Shown here piece after piece: positions 1-13,975 of a DNA stretch of 64,000 nucleotides. Every line of letters starts with the position of its first letter. Position 1 is the stretch's first letter. The notes under the pieces were generated by a model that did no database searches, was not told the origin of the DNA, and saw nothing but the letters and a program-made list of their open reading frames with translations. A program made the translations under genes and the position numbers. The DNA is from Eledone cirrhosa (lineage: Eukaryota). The stretch covers positions 20,336,001 through 20,400,000 of the forward strand of contig OZ024744.1 of the NCBI GenBank assembly GCA_964016885.1. Reading direction: 5' to 3'.

Positions 1-685
1 TTTTAACAACAGTTGAATGTTAAGATAAAACTCGTTTTAACAATAGTTGAATCTTAAGAACTGACTCGTTTTAACAACAGTTGAATCTTAAGATAAAACT
101 CGTTTTAACAACTGTTGAATCTTAAGAACTGACTCGTTTTAACAACAGCTGAATCTTAAGATAAAACTCGTTTTAACAACAGTTGAATCTTAAGAACTGA
201 CTCGTTTTAACAACAGTTGAATCTTCAAATAAACTCGTTTTAACAACAGTTGAATCTTAAGAACTGACTCGTTTTAACAACAGTTGAATGTTAAGATAAA
301 ACTCGTTTTAACAATAGTTGAATCTTAAGAACTGACTCGTTTTAACAACAGCTGAATCTTAATATAAAACTCGTTTTAACAACAGTTCAAACTTAAGAAA
401 TGACTCGTTTTAACAACAGTTGAATCTTATGAACTGACTCATTTTAACAACAGTTGAATCTTAAGATAACATTCGTTTTAACAACAGTTGAATCTTAAGA
501 AGTGATTCGTTTTAACAGCAGTTGAATCTTAAGATAAAACTCGTTTTAACAACAGTTGAATCTTAAGAACTGACTCGTTTTAACAACAGCTGAATCTTAA
601 GATAAAACTCGTTTTAACAACATTTGAATCTTAAGAACTGACTCGTTTTAACAACAGTTGAATCTTAAGATAAAACTCGTTTTAA

Positions 686-3600
686 CAACAGTTGAAACTT
701 AAGAACCGACTCGTTTTAACAACATTTGAATCTTAAGATAAAACTCGTTTTAACAACAATTGAATCTTAAGAACTGACTCGTTTTAACAACAGTTGAATG
801 TTAAGATAAAACTCGTTTTAACAATAGTTGAATCTTAAGAACTGACTCGTTTAACAACAGTTGAATCTTAAGATAAAACTCGTTTTAACAACAGTTGAAT
901 CTTAAGAACTGACTCGTTTCATCAACAGTTCAACCTTAAGAACGGACTCGTTTTAACAACAGTTGAATCTTCAAATAAAACTCGTTTTAACAACAGTTGA
1001 ATCTTAAGAACTGACTCGTTTTAAGAACAGTTGAATGTTAAGATAAAACTCGTTTTAACAATAGTTGAATCTTAAGAACTGACTCGTTTTAACAACAGTT
1101 GAATCTTAAGATAAAACTCGTTTTAACAACAGTTGACTCTTAAGAACTGACTCGTTTTAACAACAGCTGAATCTTAAGATAAAACTCGTTTTAACAACAG
1201 TTGAATCTTATGAACTGACTCGTTTTATCAACAGTTCAACCTTAAGAACTGACTCGTTTTAACAACACTTTATTCTTCAAATAAAACTCGTTTTAACAAC
1301 AGTTGAATCTTAAGAACTGACTCGTTTTAACAACAGTTGAAACTTAAGATAAAACTCGTTTTAACAACAGTTGAATCTTAAGAACTGACTCGTTTTAACA
1401 ACAGCTGATACTTAAGATAAAACTCGTTTTAACAACAGTTGAATCTTAACAACTGACTCGTTTTAACAACAGTTCAACCTTAAGAACTGACTCGTTTTAA
1501 CAACAGTTGAATCTTCAAATAAAACTCGATTTAACAACAGTTGAATCTTAAGAACTGACTCGTTTTAACAACAGTTGAATCTTAAGATAAAACTTGGTTT
1601 AACAACAGTTGAATCTTAAGAACTGACTCGTTTTAACAACAGATGAATGTTCAAATAAAAGTCGTTTTAACAACAGTTGAATCTTAAGAACTGACTCGTT
1701 TTAACAGCAGTTGAATGTTAAGATAAAACTCGTTTTAACAATAGTTGAATCTTAAGAACTGACTCGTTTTAACAACAGTTGAAACTTAAGAACTGACTCG
1801 TTTTAACAACAGCTGAATCTTAATATAAAACTCGTTTTAACAACAGTTCAAACTTAAGAAATGATTCGTTTTAACAACAGTTGAATCTTATGAACTGACT
1901 CATTTTAACAACAGTTGAATCTTAAGATAACATTCGTTTTAACAACAGTTGAATCTTAAGAACTGATTCGTTTTAACAGCAGTTGAATCTTAAGATAAAA
2001 CTCGTTTTAACAACAGTTGAATCTTCAAATAAAACTCGTTTTAACAACAGTTGAATCTTAAGAACTGACTCGTTTTAACAACAGTTGAATCTTAAGATAA
2101 AATTCGTTTTAACAACAGTTGAATCTTAAGAACTGATTCGTTTTAACAACAGTTCAAACTTAAGAACTGACTCGTTTTAACAACAGTTGAATCTTATGAA
2201 CTGACCCATTTTAACAACAGTTGAATCTTAAGATAACATTCGTTTTAACAACAGTTGAATCTTAAGAACTGACTCGTTTTAACAGCAGTTGAATCTTAAG
2301 ATAAAACTCTTTTTAACAACAGTTGAATCTTAAGAACTGACTCGTCTTAACAACAGCTGAATCTTAAGATAAATCTCGTTTTAACAACAGTTGAATCTTA
2401 AGAACTGACTCGATTTATCAACAGTTCAACCTTAAGGACTGACTCGTTTTAACAACAGTTGAATCTTCAAATAAAACTCGTTTTAACAACAGTTGAATCT
2501 TAAGAACTGACTCGTTTTAACAACAGTTCAAACTTAAGAACTGACTCGTTTTAACAACAGTTGAATCTTATGAACTGACTCATTTTAACGACAGTTGAAT
2601 CTTAAGATAACATTCGTTTTAACAACAGTTGAATCTTAAGAACTGACTCGTTTTAACAACAGTTGAATCTTAAAGATAACACTCGTTTTAACAACAGTTG
2701 AATCTTAAGAACTGACACGTTTCATCAACAATTCAACCTTAAGAACTGACTCGTTTTAACAACAGTTCAATCTTCAAATAAAACTCGTTTTATCAACAGT
2801 TGAATCTTAAGAACTGACTCGTTTTAACAACAGTTCAACCTTAAGAACTGACTCGTTTAACAACAGTTGAATCTTCAAATAAAAGTCGTTTTAACAACAG
2901 TTGAAACTTAAGAACCGACTCGTTTTAACAACATTTGAATCTTAAGATAAAACTCGTTTTAACAACAATTGAATCTTAAGAACTGACTCGTTTTAACAAC
3001 AGTTGAATGTTAAGATAAAACTCGTTTTAACAATAGTTGAATCTTAAGAACTGACTCGTTTAACAACAGTTGAATCTTAAGATAAAACTCGTTTTAACAA
3101 CAGTTGAATCTTAAGAACTGACTCGTTTCATCAACAGTTCAACCTTAAGAACGGACTCGTTTTAACAACAGTTGAATCTTCAAGTAAAACTCGTTTTAAC
3201 AACAGTTGAATCTTAAGAACTGACTCGTTTTAAGAACAGTTGAATGTTAAGATAAAACTCGTTTTAACAATAGTTGAATCTTAAGAACTGACTCGTTTTA
3301 ACAACAGTTGAATCTTAAGATAAAACTCGTTTTAACAACAGTTGAATCTTAAGAACTGACTCGTTTTAACAACAGCTGAATCTTAAGATAAAACTCGTTT
3401 TAACAACAGTTGAATCTTATGAACTGACTCGTTTTATCAACAGTTCAACCTTAAGAACTGACTCGTTTTAACAACACTTTATTCTTCAAATAAAACTCGT
3501 TTTAACAACAGTTGAATCTTAAGAACTGACTCGTTTTAACAACAGTTGAAACTTAAGATAAAACTCGTTTTAACAACAGTTGAATCTTAAGAACTGACTC

Positions 3601-4147
3601 GTTTTAACAACAGCTGATACTTAAGATAAAACTCGTTTTAACAACAGTTGAATCTTAACAACTGACTCGTTTTAACAACAGTTCAACCTTAAGAACTGAC
3701 TCGTTTTAACAACAGTTGAATCTTCAAATAAAACTCGATTTAACAACAGTTGAATCTTAAGAACTGACTCGTTTTAACAACAGTTGAATCTTAAGATAAA
3801 ACTTGTTTTAACAACAGTTGAATCTTAAGAACTGACTCGTTTTAACAACAGATGAATGTTCAAATAAAAGTCGTTTTAACAACAGTTGAATCTTAAGAAC
3901 TGACTCGTTTTAACAGCAGTTGAATGTTAAGATAAAACTCGTTTTAACAATAGTTGAATCTTAAGAACTGACTCGTTTTAACAACAGTTGAAACTTAAGA
4001 ACTGACTCGTTTTAACAACAGCTGAATCTTAATATAAAACTCGTTTTAACAACAGTTCAAACTTAAGAAATGATTCGTTTTAACAACAGTTGAATCTTAT
4101 GAACTGACTCATTTTAACAACAGTTGAATCTTAAGATAACATTCGTT
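686..4147. repeat. Block duplication of about 1.25 kb (about 686-1938 copied at about 2895-4147), offset 2209 bp (65 monomers minus 1 bp)
   Basis: Rare markers pair at a constant offset: AAGAACCGAC 701/2910, AACGGACTCG 941/3150, TATTCTTCAA 1271/3480. Confidence 0.9.
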
Positions 4148-7100
4148 TGTTTTAACAACAGCTGAATCTTAATATAAAACTCGTTTTAACAACAGTTCAA
4201 ACTTAAGAACTGATTCGTTTTAACAGCAGTTGAATCTTAAGATAAAACTCGTTTTAACAACAGTTGAATCTTAATAACTGACTCGTTTTAACAACAGCTG
4301 AATCTTAAGATAAAACTCGTTTTAACAACAGTTGAATCTTAAGAACTGACTCGATTTATCAACAGTTCAACCTTAAGGACTGACTCGTTTTAAAACAGTT
4401 GAATCTTCAAATAAAACTCGTTTTAACAACAGTTGAATCTTAAGAACTGACTCGTTTTAACAACAGTTGAATCTGAAGATAAAATTCGTTTTAACAACAC
4501 TTGAATCTTAAGAACTGACTCGTTTTAACAACAGTTGAATCTTCAAATAAAACTCGATTTAACAACAGTTGAATCTTAAGAACTGACTCGTTTTAACAAC
4601 AGTTGAATCTTAAGATAAAACTTGTTTTAACAACAGTTGAATCTTAAGAACTGACTCGTTTTAACGACAGCTGAATCTTAAGATAAAACTCGTTTTAACA
4701 ACAGTTGAATCTTAAGAACTGACTCGTTTTATCAACAGTTCAACCTTAAGAACTGACTCGTTTTAACAACAGTTGAATCATCAAATCAAACTCGTTCTAA
4801 CAACAGTTGAATCTTAAGGACTGACTCGTTTTAACAACAGTCGAATCTTAAGATAAAACTCGTTTTAACAACAGTTGAATCTTAAGAACTGACTAATTTT
4901 AACAACAGTTGAATCTTAAGATAAAACTCGTTTTAACAACAGTTGAATCTTAAGAACTGACTCGTTTAAACAACAGCTGAATCTTAAGATACAACTCGTT
5001 TTAACAACAGTTGAATCTTAAGAACTGACTCGTTTTAACAACAGTTCAACCTTAAGAGCTGACTCGTTTAACATCAGTTGAATCTTCAAATAAAACTCGT
5101 TTTAACAACAGTTGAAACTTAAGAACTGACTCGTTTTAACAACAGTTGAATGTTAAGATAAAACTCGTTTTAACAATAGTTGAATCTTAAGAACTGACTC
5201 GTTTTAACAACAGTTGAATCTTAAGATAAAACTCGTTTTAACAACTGTTGAATCTTAAGAACTGACTCGTTTTAACAACAGCTGAATCTTAAGATAAAAC
5301 TCGTTTTAACAACAGTTGAATCTTAAGAACTGACTCGTTTTAACAACAGTTGAATCTTCAAATAAAACTCGTTTTAACAACAGTTGAATCTTAAGAACTG
5401 ACTCGTTTTAACAACAGTTGAATGTTAAGATAAAACTCGTTTTAACAATAGTTGAATCTTAAGAACTGACTCGTTTTAACAACAGCTGAATCTTAATATA
5501 AAACTCGTTTTAACAACAGTTCAAACTTAAGAAATGACTCGTTTTAACAACAGTTGAATCTTATGAACTGACTCATTTTAACAACAGTTGAATCTTAAGA
5601 TAACATTCGTTTTAACAACAGTTGAATCTTAAGAAGTGATTCGTTTTAACAGCAGTTGAATCTTAAGATAAAACTCGTTTTAACAACAGTTGAATCTTAA
5701 GAACTGACTCGTTTTAACAACAGCTGAATCTTAAGATAAAACTCGTTTTAACAACATTTGAATCTTAAGAACTGACTCGATTTCTCAACAGTTCGACCTT
5801 AAGAAGTGACTCGTTTTAACAACAGTTGAATCTTCAATTAAAACTCGTTTTAACAACAGTTGAATCTTAAGAACTGACTCGTTTTAACAACAGTTGAATC
5901 TGAAGATAAAATTCGTTTTAACAACAGTTGAATCTTAAGAACTGACTCGTTTTAACAGCAGTTGAATGTTAAGATAAAACTCGTTTTAACAATAGTTGAA
6001 TCTTAAGAACTGACTCGTTTTAACAACAGTTGAAACTTAAGAACTGACTCGTTTTAACAACAGCTGAATCTTAATATAAAACTCGTTTTAACAACAGTTC
6101 AAACTTAAGAAATGATTCGTTTTAACAACAGTTGAATCTTATGAACTGACTCATTTTAACAACAGTTGAATCTTAAGATAACATTCGTTTGTTTTAACAA
6201 CAGCTGAATCTTAATATAAAACTCGTTTTAACAACAGTTCAAACTTAAGAACTGATTCGTTTTAACAGCAGTTGAATCTTAAGATAAAACTCGTTTTAAC
6301 AACAGTTGAATCTTAATAACTGACTCGTTTTAACAACAGCTGAATCTTAAGATAAAACTCGTTTTAACAACAGTTGAATCTTAAGAACTGACTCGATTTA
6401 TCAACAGTTCAACCTTAAGGACTGACTCGTTTTAAAACAGTTGAATCTTCAAATAAAACTCGTTTTAACAACAGTTGAATCTTAAGAACTGACTCGTTTT
6501 AACAACAGTTGAATCTGAAGATAAAATTCGTTTTAACAACACTTGAATCTTAAGAACTGACTCGTTTTAACAACAGTTGAATCTTCAAATAAAACTCGAT
6601 TTAACAACAGTTGAATCTTAAGAACTGACTCGTTTTAACAACAGTTGAATCTTAAGATAAAACTTGTTTTAACAACAGTTGAATCTTAAGAACTGACTCG
6701 TTTTAACGACAGCTGAATCTTAAGATAAAACTCGTTTTAACAACAGTTGAATCTTAAGAACTGACTCGTTTTATCAACAGTTCAACCTTAAGAACTGACT
6801 CGTTTTAGCAACAGTTGAATCATCAAATCAAACTCGTTCTAACAACAGTTGAATCTTAAGGACTGACTCGTTTTAACAACAGTCGAATCTTAAGATAAAA
6901 CTCGTTTTAACAACAGTTGAATCTTAAGAACTGACTAATTTTAACAACAGTTGAATCTTAAGATAAAACTCGTTTTAACAACAGTTGAATCTTAAGAACT
7001 GACTCGTTTAAACAACAGCTGAATCTTAAGATACAACTCGTTTTAACAACAGTTGAATCTTAAGAACTGACTCGTTTTAACAACAGTTCAACCTTAAGAG

Positions 7101-7985
7101 CTGACTCGTTTAACATCAGTTGAATCTTCAAATAAAACTCGTTTTAACAACAGTTGAAACTTAAGAACTGACTCGTTTTAACAACAGTTGAATGTTAAGA
7201 TAAAACTCGTTTTAACAATAGTTGAATCTTAAGAACTGACTCGTTTTAACAACAGTTGAATCTTAAGATAAAACTCGTTTTAACAACTGTTGAATCTTAA
7301 GAACTGACTCGTTTTAACAACAGCTGAATCTTAAGATAAAACTCGTTTTAACAACAGTTGAATCTTAAGAACTGACTCGTTTTAACAACAGTTGAATCTT
7401 CAAATAAAACTCGTTTTAACAACAGTTGAATCTTAAGAACTGACTCGTTTTAACAACAGTTGAATGTTAAGATAAAACTCGTTTTAACAATAGTTGAATC
7501 TTAAGAACTGACTCGTTTTAACAACAGCTGAATCTTAATATAAAACTCGTTTTAACAACAGTTCAAACTTAAGAAATGATTCGTTTTAACAACAGTTGAA
7601 TCTTATGAACTGACTCATTTTAACAACAGTTGAATCTTAAGATAACATTCGTTTTAACAACAGTTGAATCTTAAGAAGTGATTCGTTTTAACAGCAGTTG
7701 AATCTTAAGATAAAACTCGTTTTAACAACAGTTGAATCTTAAGAACTGACTCGTTTTAACAACAGCTGAATCTTAAGATAAAACTCGTTTTAACAACATT
7801 TGAATCTTAAGAACTGACTCGATTTCTCAACAGTTCGACCTTAAGAAGTGACTCGTTTTAACAACAGTTGAATCTTCAATTAAAACTCGTTTTAACAACA
7901 GTTGAATCTTAAGAACTGACTCGTTTTAACAACAGTTGAATCTGAAGATAAAATTCGTTTTAACAACAGTTGAATCTTAAGAACT
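3875..7985. repeat. Tandem duplication with a 2042-bp period (60 monomers plus 2 bp)
   Basis: Markers ATTCGTTTGTTTTA 4141/6183, GACTAATTTT 4891/6933, GTTCGACCTT 5791/7833. Confidence 0.9.
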
Positions 7986-10900
7986 GATTCGTTTTAACAA
8001 CAGTTCAAACTTAAGAACTGACTCGTTTTAACAACAGTTGAATCTTATGAACTGACTCATTTTAACAACAGTTGAATCTTAAGATAACATTCGTTTTAAC
8101 AACAGTTGAATCTTAAGAACTGACTCGTTTTAACAACAGTTGAATCTTAAAGATAAAACTCGTTTTAACAACAGTTGAATCTTAAGAACTGACTCGGTTC
8201 ATCAACAATTCAACCTTAAGAACTGACTCGTTTTAACAACAGTTCAATCTTCAAATAAAACTCGTTTTAACAACAGTTGAATCTTAAGAACTGACTCGTT
8301 TTAACAACAGTTGAATCTTCAATTAAAACTCGTTTTAACAACAGTTGAATCTTAAGAACTGACTCGTTTTAACAACATTTGAATCTTAAGATAAAACTCA
8401 TTTTAACAACAATTGAATCTTAAGAACTGACTCGTTTTAACAACAGTTGAATGTTAAGATAAAACTCGTTTTAACAATAGTTGAATCTTAAGAACTCACT
8501 CGTTTTAACAACAGTTGAATCTTAAGATAAAACTCGTTTTAACAACAGTTGAATCTTATGAACTGACTCGTTTTATCAACAGTTCAACCTTAAGAACTGA
8601 TTCGTTTTAACAACACTTGAATCTTCAAATAAAACTCGTTTTAATAACAGTTGAATCTTAAGAACTGACTCGTTTTAACAACAGCTGAATCTTAAGATAA
8701 AACTCGTTTTAACAACAGTTGAATCTTAAGAACTGACTCGTTTTAACAACAGCTGATACTTAAGATAAAACTCGTTTTAACAACAGTTGAATCTTAACAA
8801 CTGACTCGTTTTAACAACAGTTCAACCTTTAAGAAGTGACTCGTTTTAACAACAGTTGAATCTTCAAATAAAACTCGATTTAACAACAGTTGAATCTTAA
8901 GAACTGACTCGTTTTAACAACAGTTGAATCTTAAGATAAAACGTGTTTTAACAACAGTTGAATGTTAAGAACTGACTCGTTTTAACGACAGCTGAATCTT
9001 AAGAACTGACTCGTTTTAACAACAGTTGAATCATCAAATCAAACTCGTTCTAACAACAGTTGAATCTTAAGAACTGACTCGTTTTAACAACAGTTGAATG
9101 TTAAGACAAAACTCGTTTTAACAACAGTTGAATCTTAAGAACTGACTCGTTTTAACAACAGCTGAATCTTAAGATACAAGTCGTTTTAACAACAGTTCAA
9201 CCTTAAGAGCTGACTCGTTTAACATCAGTTGAATCTTCAAATAAAACTCGTTTTAACAACAGTTGAATCTTAAGAACTGACTCGTTTTAACAACAGTTGA
9301 ATCTGAAGATAAAATTCGTTTTAACAACACTTGAATCTTAAGAACTGACTCGTTTTAACAACAGTTGAATCTTCAAATAAAACTCGATTTAACAACAGTT
9401 GAATCTTAAGAACTGACTCGTTTTAACAACAGTTGAATCTTAAGATAAAACTTGTTTTAACAACAGTTGAATCTTAAGAACTGACTCGTTTTAACGACAG
9501 CTGAATCTTAAGATAAAACTCGTTTTAACAACAGTTGAATCTTAAGAACTGACTCGTTTTATCAACAGTTCAACCTTAAGAACTGACTCGTTTTAACAAC
9601 AGTTGAATCATCAAATCAAACTCGTTCTAACAACAGTTGAATCTTAAGGACTGACTCGTTTTAACAACAGTCGAATCTTAAGATAAAACTCGTTTTAACA
9701 ACAGTTGAATCTTAAGAACTGACTAATTTTAACAACAGTTGAATCTTAAGATAAAACTCGTTTTAACAACAGTTGAATCTTAAGAACTGACTCGTTTAAA
9801 CAACAGCTGAATCTTAAGATACAACTCGTTTTAACAACAGTTGAATCTTAAGAACTGACTCGTTTTAACAACAGTTCAACCTTAAGAGCTGACTCGTTTA
9901 ACATCAGTTGAATCTTCAAATAAAACTCGTTTTAACAACAGTTGAAACTTAAGAACTGACTCGTTTTAACAACAGTTGAATGTTAAGATAAAACTCGTTT
10001 TAACAATAGTTGAATCTTAAGAACTGACTCGTTTTAACAACAGTTGAATCTTAAGATAAAACTCGTTTTAACAACTGTTGAATCTTAAGAACTGACTCGT
10101 TTTAACAACAGCTGAATCTTAAGATAAAACTCGTTTTAACAACAGTTGAATCTTAAGAACTGACTCGTTTTAACAACAGTTGAATCTTCAAATAAAACTC
10201 GTTTTAACAACAGTTGAATCTTAAGAACTGACTCGTTTTAACAACAGTTGAATGTTAAGATAAAACTCGTTTTAACAATAGTTGAATCTTAAGAACTGAC
10301 TCGTTTTAACAACAGCTGAATCTTAATATAAAACTCGTTTTAACAACAGTTCAAACTTAAGAAATGACTCGTTTTAACAACAGTTGAATCTTATGAACTG
10401 ACTCATTTTAACAACAGTTGAATCTTAAGATAACATTCGTTTTAACAACAGTTGAATCTTAAGAAGTGATTCGTTTTAACAGCAGTTGAATCTTAAGATA
10501 AAACTCGTTTTAACAACAGTTGAATCTTAAGAACTGACTCGTTTTAACAACAGCTGAATCTTAAGATAAAACTCGTTTTAACAACATTTGAATCTTAAGA
10601 ACTGACTCGATTTCTCAACAGTTCGACCTTAAGAAGTGACTCGTTTTAACAACAGTTGAATCTTCAATTAAAACTCGTTTTAACAACAGTTGAATCTTAA
10701 GAACTGACTCGTTTTAACAACAGTTGAATCTGAAGATAAAATTCGTTTTAACAACAGTTGAATCTTAAGAACTGATTCGTTTTAACAACAGTTCAAACTT
10801 AAGAACTGACTCGTTTTAACAACAGTTGAATCTTATGAACTGACTCATTTTAACAACAGTTGAATCTTAAGATAACATTCGTTTTAACAACAGTTGAATC

Positions 10901-12050
10901 TTAAGAACTGACTCGTTTTAACAACAGTTGAATCTTAAAGATAAAACTCGTTTTAACAACAGTTGAATCTTAAGAACTGACTCGGTTCATCAACAATTCA
11001 ACCTTAAGAACTGACTCGTTTTAACAACAGTTCAATCTTCAAATAAAACTCGTTTTAACAACAGTTGAATCTTAAGAACTGACTCGTTTTAACAACAGTT
11101 GAATCTTCAATTAAAACTCGTTTTAACAACAGTTGAATCTTAAGAACTGACTCGTTTTAACAACATTTGAATCTTAAGATAAAACTCATTTTAACAACAA
11201 TTGAATCTTAAGAACTGACTCGTTTTAACAACAGTTGAATGTTAAGATAAAACTCGTTTTAACAATAGTTGAATCTTAAGAACTCACTCGTTTTAACAAC
11301 AGTTGAATCTTAAGATAAAACTCGTTTTAACAACAGTTGAATCTTATGAACTGACTCGTTTTATCAACAGTTCAACCTTAAGAACTGATTCGTTTTAACA
11401 ACACTTGAATCTTCAAATAAAACTCGTTTTAATAACAGTTGAATCTTAAGAACTGACTCGTTTTAACAACAGCTGAATCTTAAGATAAAACTCGTTTTAA
11501 CAACAGTTGAATCTTAAGAACTGACTCGTTTTAACAACAGCTGATACTTAAGATAAAACTCGTTTTAACAACAGTTGAATCTTAACAACTGACTCGTTTT
11601 AACAACAGTTCAACCTTTAAGAAGTGACTCGTTTTAACAACAGTTGAATCTTCAAATAAAACTCGATTTAACAACAGTTGAATCTTAAGAACTGACTCGT
11701 TTTAACAACAGTTGAATCTTAAGATAAAACGTGTTTTAACAACAGTTGAATGTTAAGAACTGACTCGTTTTAACGACAGCTGAATCTTAAGAACTGACTC
11801 GTTTTAACAACAGTTGAATCATCAAATCAAACTCGTTCTAACAACAGTTGAATCTTAAGAACTGACTCGTTTTAACAACAGTTGAATGTTAAGACAAAAC
11901 TCGTTTTAACAACAGTTGAATCTTAAGAACTGACTCGTTTTAACAACAGCTGAATCTTAAGATACAAGTCGTTTTAACAACAGTTCAACCTTAAGAGCTG
12001 ACTCGTTTAACATCAGTTGAATCTTCAAATAAAACTCGTTTTAACAACAG
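6440..12050. repeat. Tandem duplication with a 2788-bp period (82 monomers), overlapping the previous one
   Basis: Markers GACTAATT 6933/9721, GTTCGACC 7833/10621, GACTCGGTTC 8191/10979, TTCAACCTTTAAG 8821/11609. Confidence 0.9.
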
Positions 12051-13975
12051 TTGAAACTTAAGAACTGACTCGTTTTAACAACAGTTGAATGTTAAGAGAA
12101 AACTCGTTTTAACAATAGTTGAATCTTAAGAACTGACTCGTTTTAACAACAGTTGAATCTTAAGATAAAACTCGTTTTAACAACTGTTGAATCTTAAGAA
12201 CTGACTCGTTTTAACAACAGCTGAATCTTAAGATAAAACTCGTTTTAACAACAGTTGAATCTTAAGAACTGACTCGTTTTAACAACAGATGAATCTTCAA
12301 ATAAAAGTCGTTTTAACAACAGTTGAATCTTAAGAACTGACTCGTTTTAACAACAGTTGAATCTGAAGATAAAATTCGTTTTAACAACAGTTGAATCTTA
12401 AGAACTGATTCGTTTTAACAACAGTTCAAACTTAAGAACTGACTCGTTTTAACAACAGTTGAATCTTATGAACTGACTCATTTTAACAACAGTTGAATCT
12501 TAAGATAACATTCGTTTTAACAACAGTTGAATCTTAAGAACTGACTCGTTTTAACAACAGTTGAATCTTAAAGATAAAACTCGTTTTAACAACAGTTGAA
12601 TCTTAAGAACTGACTCGGTTCATCAACAATTCAACCTTAAGAACTGACTCGTTTTAACAACAGTTCAATCTTCAAATAAAACTCGTTTTAACAACAGTTG
12701 AATCTTAAGAACTGACTCGTTTTAACAACAGTTGAATCTTCAATTAAAACTCGTTTTAACAACAGTTGAATCTTAAGAACTGACTCGTTTTAACAACATT
12801 TGAATCTTAAGATAAAACTCATTTTAACAACAATTGAATCTTAAGAACTGACTCGTTTTAACAACAGTTGAATGTTAAGATAAAACTCGTTTTAACAATA
12901 GTTGAATCTTAAGAACTCACTCGTTTTAACAACAGTTGAATCTTAAGATAAAACTCGTTTTAACAACAGTTGAATCTTATGAACTGACTCGTTTTATCAA
13001 CAGTTCAACCTTAAGAACTGATTCGTTTTAACAACACTTGAATCTTCAAATAAAACTCGTTTTAATAACAGTTGAATCTTAAGAACTGACTCGTTTTAAC
13101 AACAGCTGAATCTTAAGATAAAACTCGTTTTAACAACAGTTGAATCTTAAGAACTGACTCGTTTTAACAACAGCTGATACTTAAGATAAAACTCGTTTTA
13201 ACAACAGTTGAATCTTAACAACTGACTCGTTTTAACAACAGTTCAACCTTAAGAAGTGACTCGTTTTAACAACAGTTGAATCTTCAAATAAAACTCGATT
13301 TAACAACAGTTGAATCTTAAGAACTGACTCGTTTTAACAACAGTTGAATCTTAAGATAAAACGTGTTTTAACAACAGTTGAATGTTAAGAACTGACTCGT
13401 TTTAACGACAGCTGAATCTTAAGAACTGACTCGTTTTAACAACAGTTGAATCATCAAATCAAACTCGTTCTAACAACAGTTGAATCTTAAGAACTGACTC
13501 GTTTTAACAACAGTTGAATCTTAAGACAAAACTCGTTTTAACAACAGTTGAATCTTAAGAACTGACTCGTTTTAACAACAGCTGAATCTTAAGATACAAC
13601 TCGTTTTAACAACAGTTCAACCTTAAGAGCTGACTCGTTTAACATCAGTTGAATCTTCAAATAAAACTCGTTTTAACAACAGTTGAAACTTAAGAACTGA
13701 CTCGTTTTAACAACAGTTGAATGTTAAGAGAAAACTCGTTTTAACAATAGTTGAATCTTAAGAACTGACTCGTTTTAACAACAGTTGAATCTTAAGATAA
13801 AACTCGTTTTAACAACTGTTGAATCTTAAGAACTGACTCGTTTTAACAACAGCTGAATCTTAAGATAAAACTCGTTTTAACAACAGTTGAATCTTAAGAA
13901 CTGACTCGTTTTAACAACAGATGAATCTTCAAATAAAAGTCGTTTTAACAACAGTTGAATCTTAAGAACTGACTC
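10690..13975. repeat. Tandem duplication with a 1632-1633-bp period (48 monomers)
   Basis: Markers TGAAGATAAAATTCG 10731/12364, GACTCGG 10979/12612, GTTAAGAGAA 12091/13723, ATAAAAGTCG 12301/13933. Confidence 0.88.

Noticed and set aside
62-90. Transcription-factor-like motifs: TGACTC or TGACTCA (AP-1/GCN4-like) and CAGTTG or CAGCTG (E-box/Myb-like)
   Set aside because: These are 6-7-bp matches multiplied only by amplification of the array. There is no gene context or other evidence of function.
68-99. CRISPR-like appearance: the type B unit GTTTTAACAACAGTTGAATCTTAAGATAAAAC shares GTTTTA, TTGAAT and AAAAC with type II-A CRISPR repeats and has terminal inverted repeats
   Set aside because: There are no unique spacers, since neighbouring units are copies of the same repeat. 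There is no leader or cas gene, and the duplication structure is satellite-like. The resemblance is probably coincidental.
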